Below the pieces are notes generated by a model that made no database searches, was not told the origin of the DNA, and saw only the letters and a program-made list of their open reading frames with translations. The position numbers and the translations under genes are program-made. A DNA stretch of 64,000 nucleotides from an uncultured Acidimicrobiia bacterium (lineage in GTDB: Bacteria > Actinomycetota > Acidimicrobiia > Acidimicrobiales > AC-14): contig CAWDDV010000012.1 in assembly GCA_963801205.1 (NCBI GenBank), positions 293 through 64,292 on the forward strand, read 5' to 3'. Positions 30,572 to 39,653 of this stretch are shown here, piece after piece; position 1 is the first letter of the stretch, and every line of letters begins with the position of its first letter.

Positions 30572-30931
30572 TTAGCGCAGGGGATCAGTCCGGGCCGGGT
30601 TCTCGATCTCGAACCAGACCGTCTTGCCGTTCCGGTGACGGTCGACGCCCCACCGGGTGGCGAGGACCTCGACGATGTTCAGTCCGCGGCCATGCTCCGC
30701 GTTCGCCGGGCGCATCTCGGGCACGCGAGTGCTCCCGTCTCGCACCTCCACCCGCGCGCAGTGGCCGAGGTCGCGGACGGTCAGCTTCATCTGGCTCTGG
30801 GCGTGCACGACGGCATTCGTCACCAGTTCGGAAACGACGAGCACGATGGCGTCGAGGTTGGCGGGGGACGTTGTCGCCACCCGGCGAACAAACCTCCGGG
30901 CCAGGGCGGGCGAGGCGAGTCCACAGGCCAA
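30572..30931 (-). CDS. HATPase_c-type ATP-binding protein (RsbW/anti-sigma regulatory kinase-like)
   Basis: VVSELVTNAVVHA .. VEVRDGS .. HGRGLNIVEVLATRWG. Confidence 0.65.
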   Translation of the reverse strand: MACGLASPALARRFVRRVATTSPANLDAIVLVVSELVTNAVVHAQSQMKLTVRDLGHCARVEVRDGSTRVPEMRPANAEHGRGLNIVEVLATRWGVDRHRNGKTVWFEIENPARTDPLR

Positions 30932-31069
30932 GGTGACGGACTCGGCGCGGGCGTGTCTCCGGCCTATCAGCGCGAGTCCATAGCCGCTACCTACCCGTCG
31001 ACCGGCGGGCGGAACCGGACGGCCCCCCAGACCGGCGTCGTCGGACGCCGGCCGACTAGCGGCGGCCGC

Positions 31070-31489
31070 TCACGACCAGAAGGCGTCCTCCGCGTCCTGG
31101 TCGTCGGCGCAAACCCAGTACTCGCGCCACATCCCATCGGACCGGACGGTGAAGGCGTGGGCCAGGACGACGTCGAGCGAGCGCCCGCCCTCGCGCACCC
31201 CCGTGGCCCGGGTGAACATCGCCGTGTGGTAGTCGGTGGCCAGCACCGACTCCGGCTCCAGGGCGAAGGTCCCGTCCGTCCGCGACCGCAGCTCACCGAA
31301 GTACGCCAGGAGGTCCTCCTTGCCCCGGTGGTCGCCGCTCAGCGGGTGCGTCCCGGCCACGTGCCAGGCGAGGTCGTCGGTGAAGAAGTCGCCCATGGCC
31401 TGGTCGTCGCCCCGGCCGAAGGCCTCGAGGAAGCCCCGCGCCTTCGCCACCCCCGCGTGCTCAATCACCCGGTGGGCCCAGCCCGACAC
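31070..31489 (-). CDS. SnoaL/NTF2-like family protein
   Basis: 139 aa with FLEAFGRGDDQAMGDFFTDDLAWHVAG.., typical of an NTF2-like fold. Confidence 0.6.
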   Translation of the reverse strand: MSGWAHRVIEHAGVAKARGFLEAFGRGDDQAMGDFFTDDLAWHVAGTHPLSGDHRGKEDLLAYFGELRSRTDGTFALEPESVLATDYHTAMFTRATGVREGGRSLDVVLAHAFTVRSDGMWREYWVCADDQDAEDAFWS

Positions 31490-32267
31490 CCAGACCGGCC
31501 GCGCCGGAGTCGGCCACGGTGAAGAACTCCGACTCCGGCAACTGGTTGTCGGAGACGTTCCACACCTCGGCGATCTTGCCGCTGCCGTCGATCCGGTAGG
31601 CGCACGCGTTGCGCAGGTCGAGGTGCTCGTCGCCCCGCTGGTACGTGGTGCGCATGATCGCCATCCCGTACCGGTCGTCGGCCACGACGTCCTCCACCTC
31701 CATCTCGAAGCCGTCGATGCCCAGCCCGGCGAACTTCTCGAAGAAGTCGGTGACGCCCGCCGGGCCCTGGTAGCTCCCGTTGAGGGCGGGCTTGCCCCGC
31801 ATATGGATCACGATGTCGTCGGCCGCGAGGGCGGTCCAGGTGGCGAAGTCGCCGTCGAACCAGGCGTTGAGGAAGCGGCGGACGGCGGCCGCGTTGGGAT
31901 GCTCCTCGTCCACGGGGGTTGTGGCCTCCTGGGGGGTCGCCAGCAGGGTGGTGACGGGGATGCAACCGGGCTCGTCGTCGGCGGCGCTCCCCGCCACCCG
32001 ATGGAGCACCGCGCCCGCCGGCCGCACCGACACCAGCGACCCGACGATCTCGGCCGGCCCGTCGACGATGAGGCTGTGGTCGTCGCCCGAGGCCGGCGGC
32101 CACACGAACGTGACGTCCGCCCCTGAGCCGACGTTGGCCGTGGTGCGGGATCCGGCCCCACACACCAGGGCGGCGCCCTCCCACGACACCGTCACCGAGA
32201 CCACGTGGGGCCGCTTCGTCTCGGGCGACACCGTGACCAGGTAGGCAACCGGCCCGTGGTGGGCCAC
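31461..32267 (-). CDS. Fusion of a pyridoxamine-5'-phosphate-oxidase-like (FMN-binding split barrel) domain and a SnoaL-like domain
   Basis: N-terminal VAYLVTVSPETKRPHVVSVTV.., C-terminal AAAVRRFLNAWFDGDFATWTALAADDIVIH... Intact 268 aa. Confidence 0.55.
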   Translation of the reverse strand: MAHHGPVAYLVTVSPETKRPHVVSVTVSWEGAALVCGAGSRTTANVGSGADVTFVWPPASGDDHSLIVDGPAEIVGSLVSVRPAGAVLHRVAGSAADDEPGCIPVTTLLATPQEATTPVDEEHPNAAAVRRFLNAWFDGDFATWTALAADDIVIHMRGKPALNGSYQGPAGVTDFFEKFAGLGIDGFEMEVEDVVADDRYGMAIMRTTYQRGDEHLDLRNACAYRIDGSGKIAEVWNVSDNQLPESEFFTVADSGAAGLGVGLGPPGD

Positions 32268-32294
32268 CTGCTCCCGGAAGCTCGGCCGGTTCGA

Positions 32295-32749
32295 CTGGTT
32301 CGCTCGCCTGCGGCTCGCTCATTGGCGCACCATCCTCTCGGATGCTGCGCCAACGAAACCCTTCGCTGGACCCGGCCTGCGGCCGGCCCGAGCGCTCCAC
32401 ATTGGTTCGCTCGCCTGCGGCTCGCTCATTGGCGCACCATCCTCTCGGATGCTGCGCCAACGAAACCCTTCGCTGGACCCGGCCTGCGGCCGGCCCGAGC
32501 GCTCCACATTGGTTCGCTCGCCTGCGGCTCGCTCATTGGCGCACCATCCTCTCGGATGCTGCGCCAACGAAACCCTTCGCTGGACCCGGCCTGCGGCCGG
32601 CCCGAGCGCTCCACATTGGTTCGCTCGCCTGCGGCTCGCTCATTGGCGCACCATCCTCTCGGGTGCTGCGCCAACGAAACCCTTCGCTGGACCCGGCCTG
32701 CGGCCGGCCCGAGCGCTCCACATTGGTTCGCTCGCCTGCGGCTCGCTCA
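32295..32749. repeat. Tandem repeat with a 107-bp unit, 4 full copies plus a 27-bp partial copy
   Basis: Units start at 32295, 32402, 32509, 32616 and 32723. Only 2 mismatches occur over 4 copies. Each unit contains an 8-bp stem TTGGCGCA(N16)TGCGCCAA and a CCGGCC-TGC-GGCCGG hairpin. Confidence 0.95.
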
Positions 32750-32794
32750 CGCCCGCCATCGTACGACCTGGGCGGCGTCCCGTAGTCTGCGCCG

Positions 32795-33388
32795 GTGGTC
32801 GACGAGTCCGAATTGGTGGCTCTGCTGCAGGCGGGGGACGAGCAGGCCTTCGTCACCCTCGTCGACCTCTACCACGGCCCCCTGCTCCGCCTGGCGTCGA
32901 CGTTCGTTCCCAGCCGGGCGGTGGCCGAGGAGGTTGTCCAGGACACGTGGCTCGGCGTGATCCGGGGTATCGAGCGCTTCGAGGGACGGTCGTCGCTCAA
33001 GACGTGGCTGTTCCGGATCGTGGTCAACCGGGCCCGCACCGCCGGCGTGCGGGAGCGGCGGGAGGTGCCCCTCGACCAATCGGGAGAGCCCGCCGTCCCC
33101 CCCGAGCGCTTCAACGCCGCCGGCGGGTGGTCGTCGCCCCCCACGCCCTGGGCTGACGACGCCGAGGACCGCATCGTCGCCCGCCAAACGGCGGCCAAGG
33201 TGTCCCGCCACCTCAACCTCCTTCCCGACCGCCAGCGGCAGGTGGTGGTCATGCGCGACTTCGAGGGGCTGCCGGCGACCGAGGTGTGCACCATCTTGGG
33301 GATCACGGAGGCGAACCAGAGGGTGCTCCTGCACCGGGGCCGCTCCCGACTCCGGAACATGCTCGAGCGTGAGCTGGGGAAGGCCTGA
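32795..33388 (+). CDS. ECF (group 4) RNA polymerase sigma factor
   Basis: Region 2 (EEVVQDTWLGVIRGIERFEGRSSLKTWLFRIVVNRA) and region 4 (LPDRQRQVVVMRDFEGLPATEVCTILGITEANQRVLLHRGRSRLR). Intact. Confidence 0.9.
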   Translation: MVDESELVALLQAGDEQAFVTLVDLYHGPLLRLASTFVPSRAVAEEVVQDTWLGVIRGIERFEGRSSLKTWLFRIVVNRARTAGVRERREVPLDQSGEPAVPPERFNAAGGWSSPPTPWADDAEDRIVARQTAAKVSRHLNLLPDRQRQVVVMRDFEGLPATEVCTILGITEANQRVLLHRGRSRLRNMLERELGKA

Positions 33389-33392
33389 GGCG

Positions 33393-33641
33393 ATGACGAG
33401 ACGAAACGCCATCATGTGCCGCCAGGCCGTCGAGCTGGTCACCGACTACCTGGAAGGGGCCCTCACCGCCGACGATCGGGCCCGTTTCGAGGCCCACCTG
33501 GCCGGCTGCCCCCACTGCACCGAGTACCTGCGGGAGATGCGGGTGACGATCGCGGCCATGGGCCGGGTGGAGCCGGAGTCCCTGTCCCGGGCGGCGCGGG
33601 ACGACCTGGTCGCCCTCTACCGCAACTGGCGGGCGGGCTGA
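33393..33641 (+). CDS. Zinc-finger (zf-HC2/ZAS-type) anti-sigma factor, soluble short form
   Basis: C..(x)..HLAGCPHCTEY motif (H-x3-C-x2-C), directly downstream of the ECF sigma gene. Confidence 0.8.
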   Translation: MTRRNAIMCRQAVELVTDYLEGALTADDRARFEAHLAGCPHCTEYLREMRVTIAAMGRVEPESLSRAARDDLVALYRNWRAG

Positions 33642-33659
33642 TCGGGCTGCTCGGGCTGC

Positions 33660-35668
33660 TCAGATGACCCGGTCGTTCCCCCCGTCGACCGGGACCTGGG
33701 CGCCGGTGGTACGGGCGAAGGCGGGGCCGCACATGGCCACCACCAGGCGGGCCACGTCGGCGCTGGTGACCTCCGCCCCGAGGACGTTGCCCGTGCGGTA
33801 CTCCTCGGGCGTCATCCCGTAGCGGGCGGCCCGCTCGGCCACCACCTCGTCCGACCACAGCCCGGTGTCGAACACCGCGTTGGGGTGGACGACGTTGACC
33901 CGGATGCCGTCCGGTCCCCACTCGAGCGCCGCCACCCGGGCCAGCTGGGTGAGGGCGGCCTTGGACGCGGAGTAGGCGGCGGCTCCGGGGCCGGGGGCGG
34001 GGACGTTCTTGGACCCGACCACCACCACTCGCCCGCCCCGGGGTGATCGGGCGAGCAACGGGTGGGCCAGGCGGAGGAGGGCGGCGTTGGCGTCGAGGTT
34101 GACGGCCATGGTGTGGCGCCAGGAGGTCGGGTCGAGGTCGGCCACGGCCGCCCCGGGCGGGAAGACGCCCGCGTTGAGGACGAGGACGTCGAGCCCCCCG
34201 AAGCGGGCGACGCACGTCTCCACGGCGGCGTCGAGGGCGGCCTCGTCGGTGACGTCGGCCGCGATGCCGAGCCACGCCGGGTCCCCGTCGTTCTCGGTAG
34301 CGGGGAGTGCGGAAGGCGCACTACCTGCTACCGAGAACGCGGTGTCGACGCCGACCACCGCCGCCCCCTCGGCATGGAAGGCGTCGGCGGTGGCCCGGCC
34401 GATCCCTCTGGCGGCACCGGTCACGAGCGCGATCTCGCCGGCCAGGGGGGCGGGGGCGGGCCGGCGGCGGAGCTTGGCCTGCTCGAGGTCCCAGTACTCG
34501 ACGTCGAACAGGTCGGCGGTGGTCACCGGCCGGTAGCCGCCGAGGGCGGTGGCGTCGGCGATGACCTTCATGGTGTGGCGGTAGACGTCCTCCACGATGG
34601 CCGCGTCCCGGGGCGTGCGGCCGGCGCAACACAGGCCGAGCTCGGGGTCGAGCACCACCCGGGGGGCGGGGTCGAGGGGCAGGAGCGGGCGGGGGGCCCG
34701 GGGGCTGTGCTCGGTGAAGTACCGGCGGTAGGCGTCCACGAAGGCGTCGACGTCGCGGCCCACGAGGGGCACCCGCTTGGTGCGGATGACGTGGTCGGGC
34801 GTGGCCGGTCCGCGTTGGGAGATGTCGGCCATGTCGGCCCGTCCGATGAAGGCCATGGCCTGCCCGTCGGTGTGGGACGACATCACGAACGGGGCCCGGC
34901 CGCGTCGGAGATGCGGCGGCGCAGGTCGGCCCGGGCCAGTCTGACGCCGGCGGCCGGTGGGGGCGCGGGCGGCGCGATGCGGTGGCGGTCGACGAACTCC
35001 TCGGCCCGGCTGACGAGGTCGATCATGGTCTCGTACGACTCCCTCGCCGACTCGCCCCAGGTGAAGATGCCGTGGTTCATGAGGACCACCCCGACGGTGT
35101 CCGGCCGCAGGGCCGTGGGCAGGAGGTGGGAGCACTCCCGGGCCAGAAGGAAGCCGGGCATCACGTAGGGGATGACGACCACCCGGTCGCCGTAGACCTC
35201 GTCGAGGACGCCGGCTGCGTTCTCGGAGTTGGTGAGGGTGACGACGGCGTCGGCGTGGGTGTGGTCGACGAAGCGGTACGGGAGGATGGCGTGGAGGATC
35301 GCCTCCACCGACGGCGCCGGCCCGCCCGCGGTGAGGGACGCCACCAGGAGCTGCTCGGCCATGTCGGTGTCGGAGAGGGCGTCGAGCTCGGCCAGCCGGG
35401 CCACGTCGTCGAGGCGGAGGCAGGCGAAGCCGGGCTTGTCGATGTCGGCCAGATCGGCGCCGCTGCCCTTCACCAAGAGGACGTCGACCTCCTCCCCGAA
35501 GACGGTCGTGCGCCGGGACTTCACCGACGTGTTCCCCCCGCCGTGGAGGACCAGGTCGGGGTCGCGGCCGAGCAGGCGGGACGTGTACACCCGCAGGCCG
35601 AGGTCGCCCTTGGCTGCCCACCGCCCGGCCTCGGCGTCGTCCCACATGCTCTTGACCACTGGTGGCAA
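33660..35668 (-). pseudogene. Bifunctional class II aldolase/adducin-domain plus short-chain dehydrogenase (rhamnulose-1-phosphate aldolase/alcohol dehydrogenase-like); one frameshift near 34890
   Basis: The N-terminal aldolase domain is in ORF 34883..35668. The C-terminal SDR (TGAARGIGRA, YSASKAAL) is in ORF 33660..35864. Confidence 0.8.
34289..34339. repeat. Palindromic repeat (CGTTCTCGGTAGC ... GCTACCGAGAACG), copy A, inside the SDR coding region
   Basis: 13-bp perfect arms, 51 bp in total (17 codons). Same family as 56582-56699 and 57704-57751. Confidence 0.85.
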
Positions 35669-35679
35669 AGCTAGAGGCG

Positions 35680-36891
35680 ATGAGGACGATCGGCATCGAG
35701 GAGCGGCGGGCCCGGGTCGCCCGCCGCCACCGCCTGGCCGCCGACGCCCGGTCGGGCGACGTGGTGGAGACCGTCCGCGACCTCGTCGCCCTCCATGCGA
35801 CCGATCCGGCGTCGGTGTACCTGTCGGTGCTGGCCCGCAGCGACGGGTCGCTCGACGTGGCCACCGTCGAGCGGGAGCTCTACGAGGTCCGCAGCCTGGT
35901 GCGGATGCTCGGGATGCGGCGGACGATGTGGGTGGTGCCGGTGGAGCTGGCGGCCGTCGTCCACGGGGCGTGCACCCGGGCCATCGAGGTGCGGGAACGG
36001 GCCCGGCTGGTGCAGTTCCTCGTCGAGGCGGGCGTCGTCGACGACGAGTCCCAGGGCGGCGCCTGGCTGGCCGAGGTGGAGGACGCCACCGTCGAGGCCT
36101 TGGCCGGCGCTGGCGAGGCCACCGCGGCCGAGCTGTCGCAGCTGGTGGCGGGCCTGCGGGAGCGCCTTCACCTGGGCGTGGGGACGAAGTGGGAGGTGGT
36201 GCAGGGGGCGTCGACCCGGGTGTTGTTCATCCTGGCCGCCGCGGGACGGGTGGTGCGGGGCCGGCCCCGGGGCTCTTGGATCAGCAGCCAGTACCGGTGG
36301 GCCACGACCCCGGCCTGGCTCCCGGGCGGTCTTGACCGGGGGCTGACCCTCCTGCCCACCGGCGTGGCCCAGGTGGAGCTGGTGTGGAAGTGGCTGGCCG
36401 CCTTCGGTCCGGGGACGATGGCCGACCTGGCATGGTGGACCGGGTTGACACTGGGCGAGGTCCGCCGGGCGGTGGCCGAGCTACCGACGGTGGAGGTCGA
36501 CGTCGGGGGCGGGGCGGCCAAGCCGGGCCTGGTGCTGGTCGACGATGTCGACCCCGTGGCGCCGCCGGCGCCGTCGGCGGCGTTGTTGCCCGCGCTCGAC
36601 CCGACCGTCATGGGCTGGAAGGAACGGTCGTGGTACCTGGGCGACCACGGCCCGGCGCTGTTCGATCGCTCCGGCAACGCCGGCCCCACCGTGTGGTGGG
36701 ACGGCCGCATCGTCGGCGGCTGGGCCCAACGTAAGTCCGGCGAGGTCGTCGTGGGCTTCCTGGAGGACGTCGGCCGGGAGGCGGTGACGGCCGTCCTGGC
36801 CGAGGCGGCCCGCCTGCAGGCCGCCGTCGGCCCCGTCCGGGTCACCCCGAGGTTCCGGACCCCGATGGAGCGCGACCTCTCGAACCGGTGA
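35680..36891 (+). CDS. Winged-helix DNA-binding domain protein (YcaQ/AlkZ-like DNA glycosylase family)
   Basis: MRTIGIEERRARVARRHRL.., LVALHATDPASVYLSVLAR, MLGMRRTMWVVP. Intact (the ORF track starts at 35662). Confidence 0.65.
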   Translation: MRTIGIEERRARVARRHRLAADARSGDVVETVRDLVALHATDPASVYLSVLARSDGSLDVATVERELYEVRSLVRMLGMRRTMWVVPVELAAVVHGACTRAIEVRERARLVQFLVEAGVVDDESQGGAWLAEVEDATVEALAGAGEATAAELSQLVAGLRERLHLGVGTKWEVVQGASTRVLFILAAAGRVVRGRPRGSWISSQYRWATTPAWLPGGLDRGLTLLPTGVAQVELVWKWLAAFGPGTMADLAWWTGLTLGEVRRAVAELPTVEVDVGGGAAKPGLVLVDDVDPVAPPAPSAALLPALDPTVMGWKERSWYLGDHGPALFDRSGNAGPTVWWDGRIVGGWAQRKSGEVVVGFLEDVGREAVTAVLAEAARLQAAVGPVRVTPRFRTPMERDLSNR

Positions 36892-36927
36892 CGTTTCTTG
36901 GGGCCAGGGCCCGGCGACCGTCACCAG
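36883..36927. repeat. REP-like hairpin (AACCGGTGACG ... CGTCACC) that contains the stop codon of the preceding gene
   Basis: The left arm overlaps TGA 36889-36891. It lies between convergent genes. Confidence 0.5.
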
Positions 36928-36941
36928 AACGGCGGCGGCGC

Positions 36942-38792
36942 TCAGAAGCGGGGGGTGACGCGCAGGTCGGGGTCGGGTCGGGGCGGTCCCGGGCGACCGG
37001 TGAGGAAGTCGTGGCTGTCCGGGCCAGCCAGCGTCTCGACCAGGAGCCTGGTCTCGGCGGCGGCGGCGTCGCACCACTTCGGGGTGTGCTTGTAGAACCG
37101 CGTGCGACCAGGCGCGGGCTCGGACGGGCCGAACGTCCTCACGAACTGGTCGTAGCCGGGCGACCCGTCGGGCAGGGGAACGTCGAAGATCTCCCTGAGC
37201 CGCAGCGCCTGCTGTTGGAGCTCGCTCATGGCGGTCACGTACCGGGTCCAGCGGTGCTGCGGCCAGTCGAAATCGGCTAGTTCCTCGGCCGCCTGCCGGC
37301 CTCGCTCGGCGACCAGGGCGATCTTGTCCGGGGGCATGGCCAGGTTCATCCCGCCCTCGTCGTCGTGGAGGTGGACATCGACGATGCGGTCGCGGAAGCC
37401 CGGCAACGATCCCTGCCCGTCGTCGGACCAGTTCTGCATCGTGTCGGCGATCCCGTGGAGGAAGCCGAGCAGGGTGCCCGTGTCCTTGATCGCGGGGAGG
37501 CGACCGGTGGCGCCTGGGCCGGGTCGGTAGACGTCGCTCCCGAGGTGCGCCCGGTGGTAGGGCCGCAGGTTGATCCCAAACGTGGGCCGCACCGGGCACA
37601 GGGTGTCGAAGAAGTGGATGGGGAAGTTGCTGGTGATGCCGCCGTCGGAGAACCAGCAGCGGACGGCGACGTGGGTCTCGGCCGACCGGTCGACGGAGAA
37701 GAGCGGGACGGCGCTAACCAGGCCCGGGAAGCTCAGACTGATCCTGGTGGCGACCACGACCGGCATGTCCTCGGGAGGAGGAAGCTTCCGCAGGGGGACG
37801 TCGTGGTCGGGACAGCGCCAGTCCTCGTCGACGACGCTCGTGTCGATCATGTGCCGGTAGATCCGGGGCGGGAAGTAGCGGGCGAGCTCCTTCTCGCAGA
37901 ACAGGTAGAGGTTGAGGTTCGAAGCCTCCGCCGAGAAGGGGAAACGGGCCGGACGGCCGAAGGTGACGTTGGTCGTCATCACCTGCAGGTCGATGGCCGC
38001 GCCGGGCCGGTCACGGAGGTGCCGGAAGGTCAGCGGGCCGGCACCGGCGGGGAGCCCGGCATAGGTGTCGATCGTGTCCGCCATCCAGTCGGTGAGGTGT
38101 ACCGGCCCGCCGGCGGGCGCGTTGGCACCGGCCGACCCGGTGCAGAGGCCGTAGCCGTTGGCGGACAGGCCGCGAAAGCCGCCCACCGCCTGACCGACGA
38201 TCGCGCCCACCAGGCCGAAGACGAGGGCGAAGGGGAGGAGGATCACGGCCCCAATCGCCAGCTGGCCCCATTCGGCCCCGTCGTCGGGTTTGCCGCCGAC
38301 CGCCAGCAGCGCCGGGACGCCGAGCACGTAGAGCAGCAGCAGACCGCCTACGAACCACAACGGCCGGCCCCGGACCAGGGCACCGAGCAGGCGGCGGGCT
38401 TTCGTCCGGATCGACGGCGCCGGGGCCACGCCGGCGAGCAGCACGTCGAAGAGGGCCTTGGTCCCCGGCTGCGGACGGAAGAGGGCCGTCATCTGGTGGC
38501 CCAGCTGCTCGGGCAGGGCGGCCAGGCGGTTGAACCCACCCGAGCCGCGGCCGTACTCGGCGGCGGCCGCCATCGTCGCCGCGATCGCCCCCGCCGACGC
38601 ACCGCCGATGTTCCGGAACCGGTACTTCTTGGCCAGCTCGCAGACCGCCAGCGGGTAGACGATCCCGCTGGTGATCCCGCCCTTCATGACCACGTCGCAC
38701 TCGTCGACCGGCGCCGACGGATAGCTCTCGTCCACCAGCTGCCGGGCTCGTTGGCGTGCCTGGTCGGCGTCCATATATCTCCCGTTCCTCAA
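36942..38792 (-). CDS. Patatin-like phospholipase with two internal predicted TM helices and a C-terminal domain of about 250 aa with unknown function; the likely real start is ATG 38774
   Basis: Oxyanion motif VMKGGITSG, nucleophile elbow GGASAG, catalytic Asp in FSDGGITSNFP. Hydrophobic stretches LWFVGGLLLLYVLGVPALLAVGG and LAIGAVILLPFALVFGLVGAIVG. Intact. Confidence 0.85.
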   Translation of the reverse strand: MRNGRYMDADQARQRARQLVDESYPSAPVDECDVVMKGGITSGIVYPLAVCELAKKYRFRNIGGASAGAIAATMAAAAEYGRGSGGFNRLAALPEQLGHQMTALFRPQPGTKALFDVLLAGVAPAPSIRTKARRLLGALVRGRPLWFVGGLLLLYVLGVPALLAVGGKPDDGAEWGQLAIGAVILLPFALVFGLVGAIVGQAVGGFRGLSANGYGLCTGSAGANAPAGGPVHLTDWMADTIDTYAGLPAGAGPLTFRHLRDRPGAAIDLQVMTTNVTFGRPARFPFSAEASNLNLYLFCEKELARYFPPRIYRHMIDTSVVDEDWRCPDHDVPLRKLPPPEDMPVVVATRISLSFPGLVSAVPLFSVDRSAETHVAVRCWFSDGGITSNFPIHFFDTLCPVRPTFGINLRPYHRAHLGSDVYRPGPGATGRLPAIKDTGTLLGFLHGIADTMQNWSDDGQGSLPGFRDRIVDVHLHDDEGGMNLAMPPDKIALVAERGRQAAEELADFDWPQHRWTRYVTAMSELQQQALRLREIFDVPLPDGSPGYDQFVRTFGPSEPAPGRTRFYKHTPKWCDAAAAETRLLVETLAGPDSHDFLTGRPGPPRPDPDLRVTPRF

Positions 38793-39652
38793 ATCCCGAT
38801 TCGCCTGCGAAAGGCACGGACGATCCCCTCCGCCACCGCAGAGAAGCGAGCGTCCGGGCGACAGTAGGTCTCGAGGTCGGCCAGGTACTGGGTCAGCCGC
38901 GCCCGCAGCTCCGCCCGCTTGCGTGCCCTCTCGGCGGGGATCACCGAGTCGAGGTCGTCCAAGTCCCGCACGACGTCCTCGACGTGGGCGATGGCGGTGG
39001 CGACGGTGATGGCAACCGCCTTGCGACCGTTGGCCAGGCCGAGCCGGCGGAGGGCGGTGATGTGGATCGTGGCCTCGCTGCGCGCTCGGTCCGGACCGCT
39101 GGCGCGGAGGGGGGCCACGTTGCCGTCGTCGGAGAACGTCAGGAAATCAGCCGGATTATCGACGGTCGGATCGAGCAGCAGCGGCAGCTCGGCCGTCGCC
39201 TGGGCCCCGGGCCTGCGGGCTCGCTTCCCGGCGACGGGGAACTGGCTGGCCTTGCCGGCGACGGCCCGGCCGTCGGGGCCGACCAGGTCGTGCTCCCGGG
39301 CCCGGTTGCAGTCGATGCAGGACGGGAGGAGGTTCTCCCACGCCGCGGCCAACCACCAGTAGCCGGGCGTCACCAGCCTCTTGCCATGGAGGTAGCCCGA
39401 CTTGGGCCGGTAGTGCTCGACGTCGACCGGTTGCACCTCGTCGTACCGGGCCTCGCAGTAGGCGCACTTCCCGGCCGACATCCGGGCCAGCTCGGCGCGC
39501 ACGTCGGCGCCCTTGTAGGCCTGGAAGCGGAAGGTGGCGGTAGCGGCGGCCTGGCCCCGGAACACGAGCTTCGCCCGGGCCAGTTCCCGACCTCCCGCCG
39601 ATGCGTCGCCGTCGAGGCTGGGGGGAGCCGGGCCGCGAACGAGCTGGCGCAT
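38789..39652 (-). CDS. HNH nuclease of the TIGR02646 / Septu PtuB-like type
   Basis: GKCAYCE..VDVEHYRPKS..WENLLPSCIDCNRA (CxxC..H..N..CxxC, beta-beta-alpha-Me scaffold). The start lies 1 nt after the upstream ATPase stop. Intact 287 aa. Confidence 0.75.
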   Translation of the reverse strand: MRQLVRGPAPPSLDGDASAGGRELARAKLVFRGQAAATATFRFQAYKGADVRAELARMSAGKCAYCEARYDEVQPVDVEHYRPKSGYLHGKRLVTPGYWWLAAAWENLLPSCIDCNRAREHDLVGPDGRAVAGKASQFPVAGKRARRPGAQATAELPLLLDPTVDNPADFLTFSDDGNVAPLRASGPDRARSEATIHITALRRLGLANGRKAVAITVATAIAHVEDVVRDLDDLDSVIPAERARKRAELRARLTQYLADLETYCRPDARFSAVAEGIVRAFRRRIGI

Positions 39653-39653
39653 C

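Noticed and set aside
32295-32749. The tandem repeat as a CRISPR array.
   Set aside because: The 107-bp units abut directly with no unique spacers, the unit is far longer than CRISPR repeats, and no cas genes are in the window.
32205-33156. ORFs reading through the 107-bp repeats (32205..32960, 32342..32785 and 32449..33156 on plus; 32319..32567, 32426..32674 and 32533..32856 on minus) as repeat-containing proteins.
   Set aside because: The unit length is not divisible by 3, so each copy would be read in a different frame. Identical 82-aa ORFs arise simply from the periodicity, and a real sigma-factor start follows at 32795.
34289-34339. The TTCTCGGTAGC palindromic repeats as integron attC sites.
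   Set aside because: The arm order and sequence (GTTCTCG...CGAGAAC) do not fit the R''/L''-L'/R' cores (RYYYAAC...GTTRRRY). There are no extrahelical-base asymmetries that I can see, and no intI gene.
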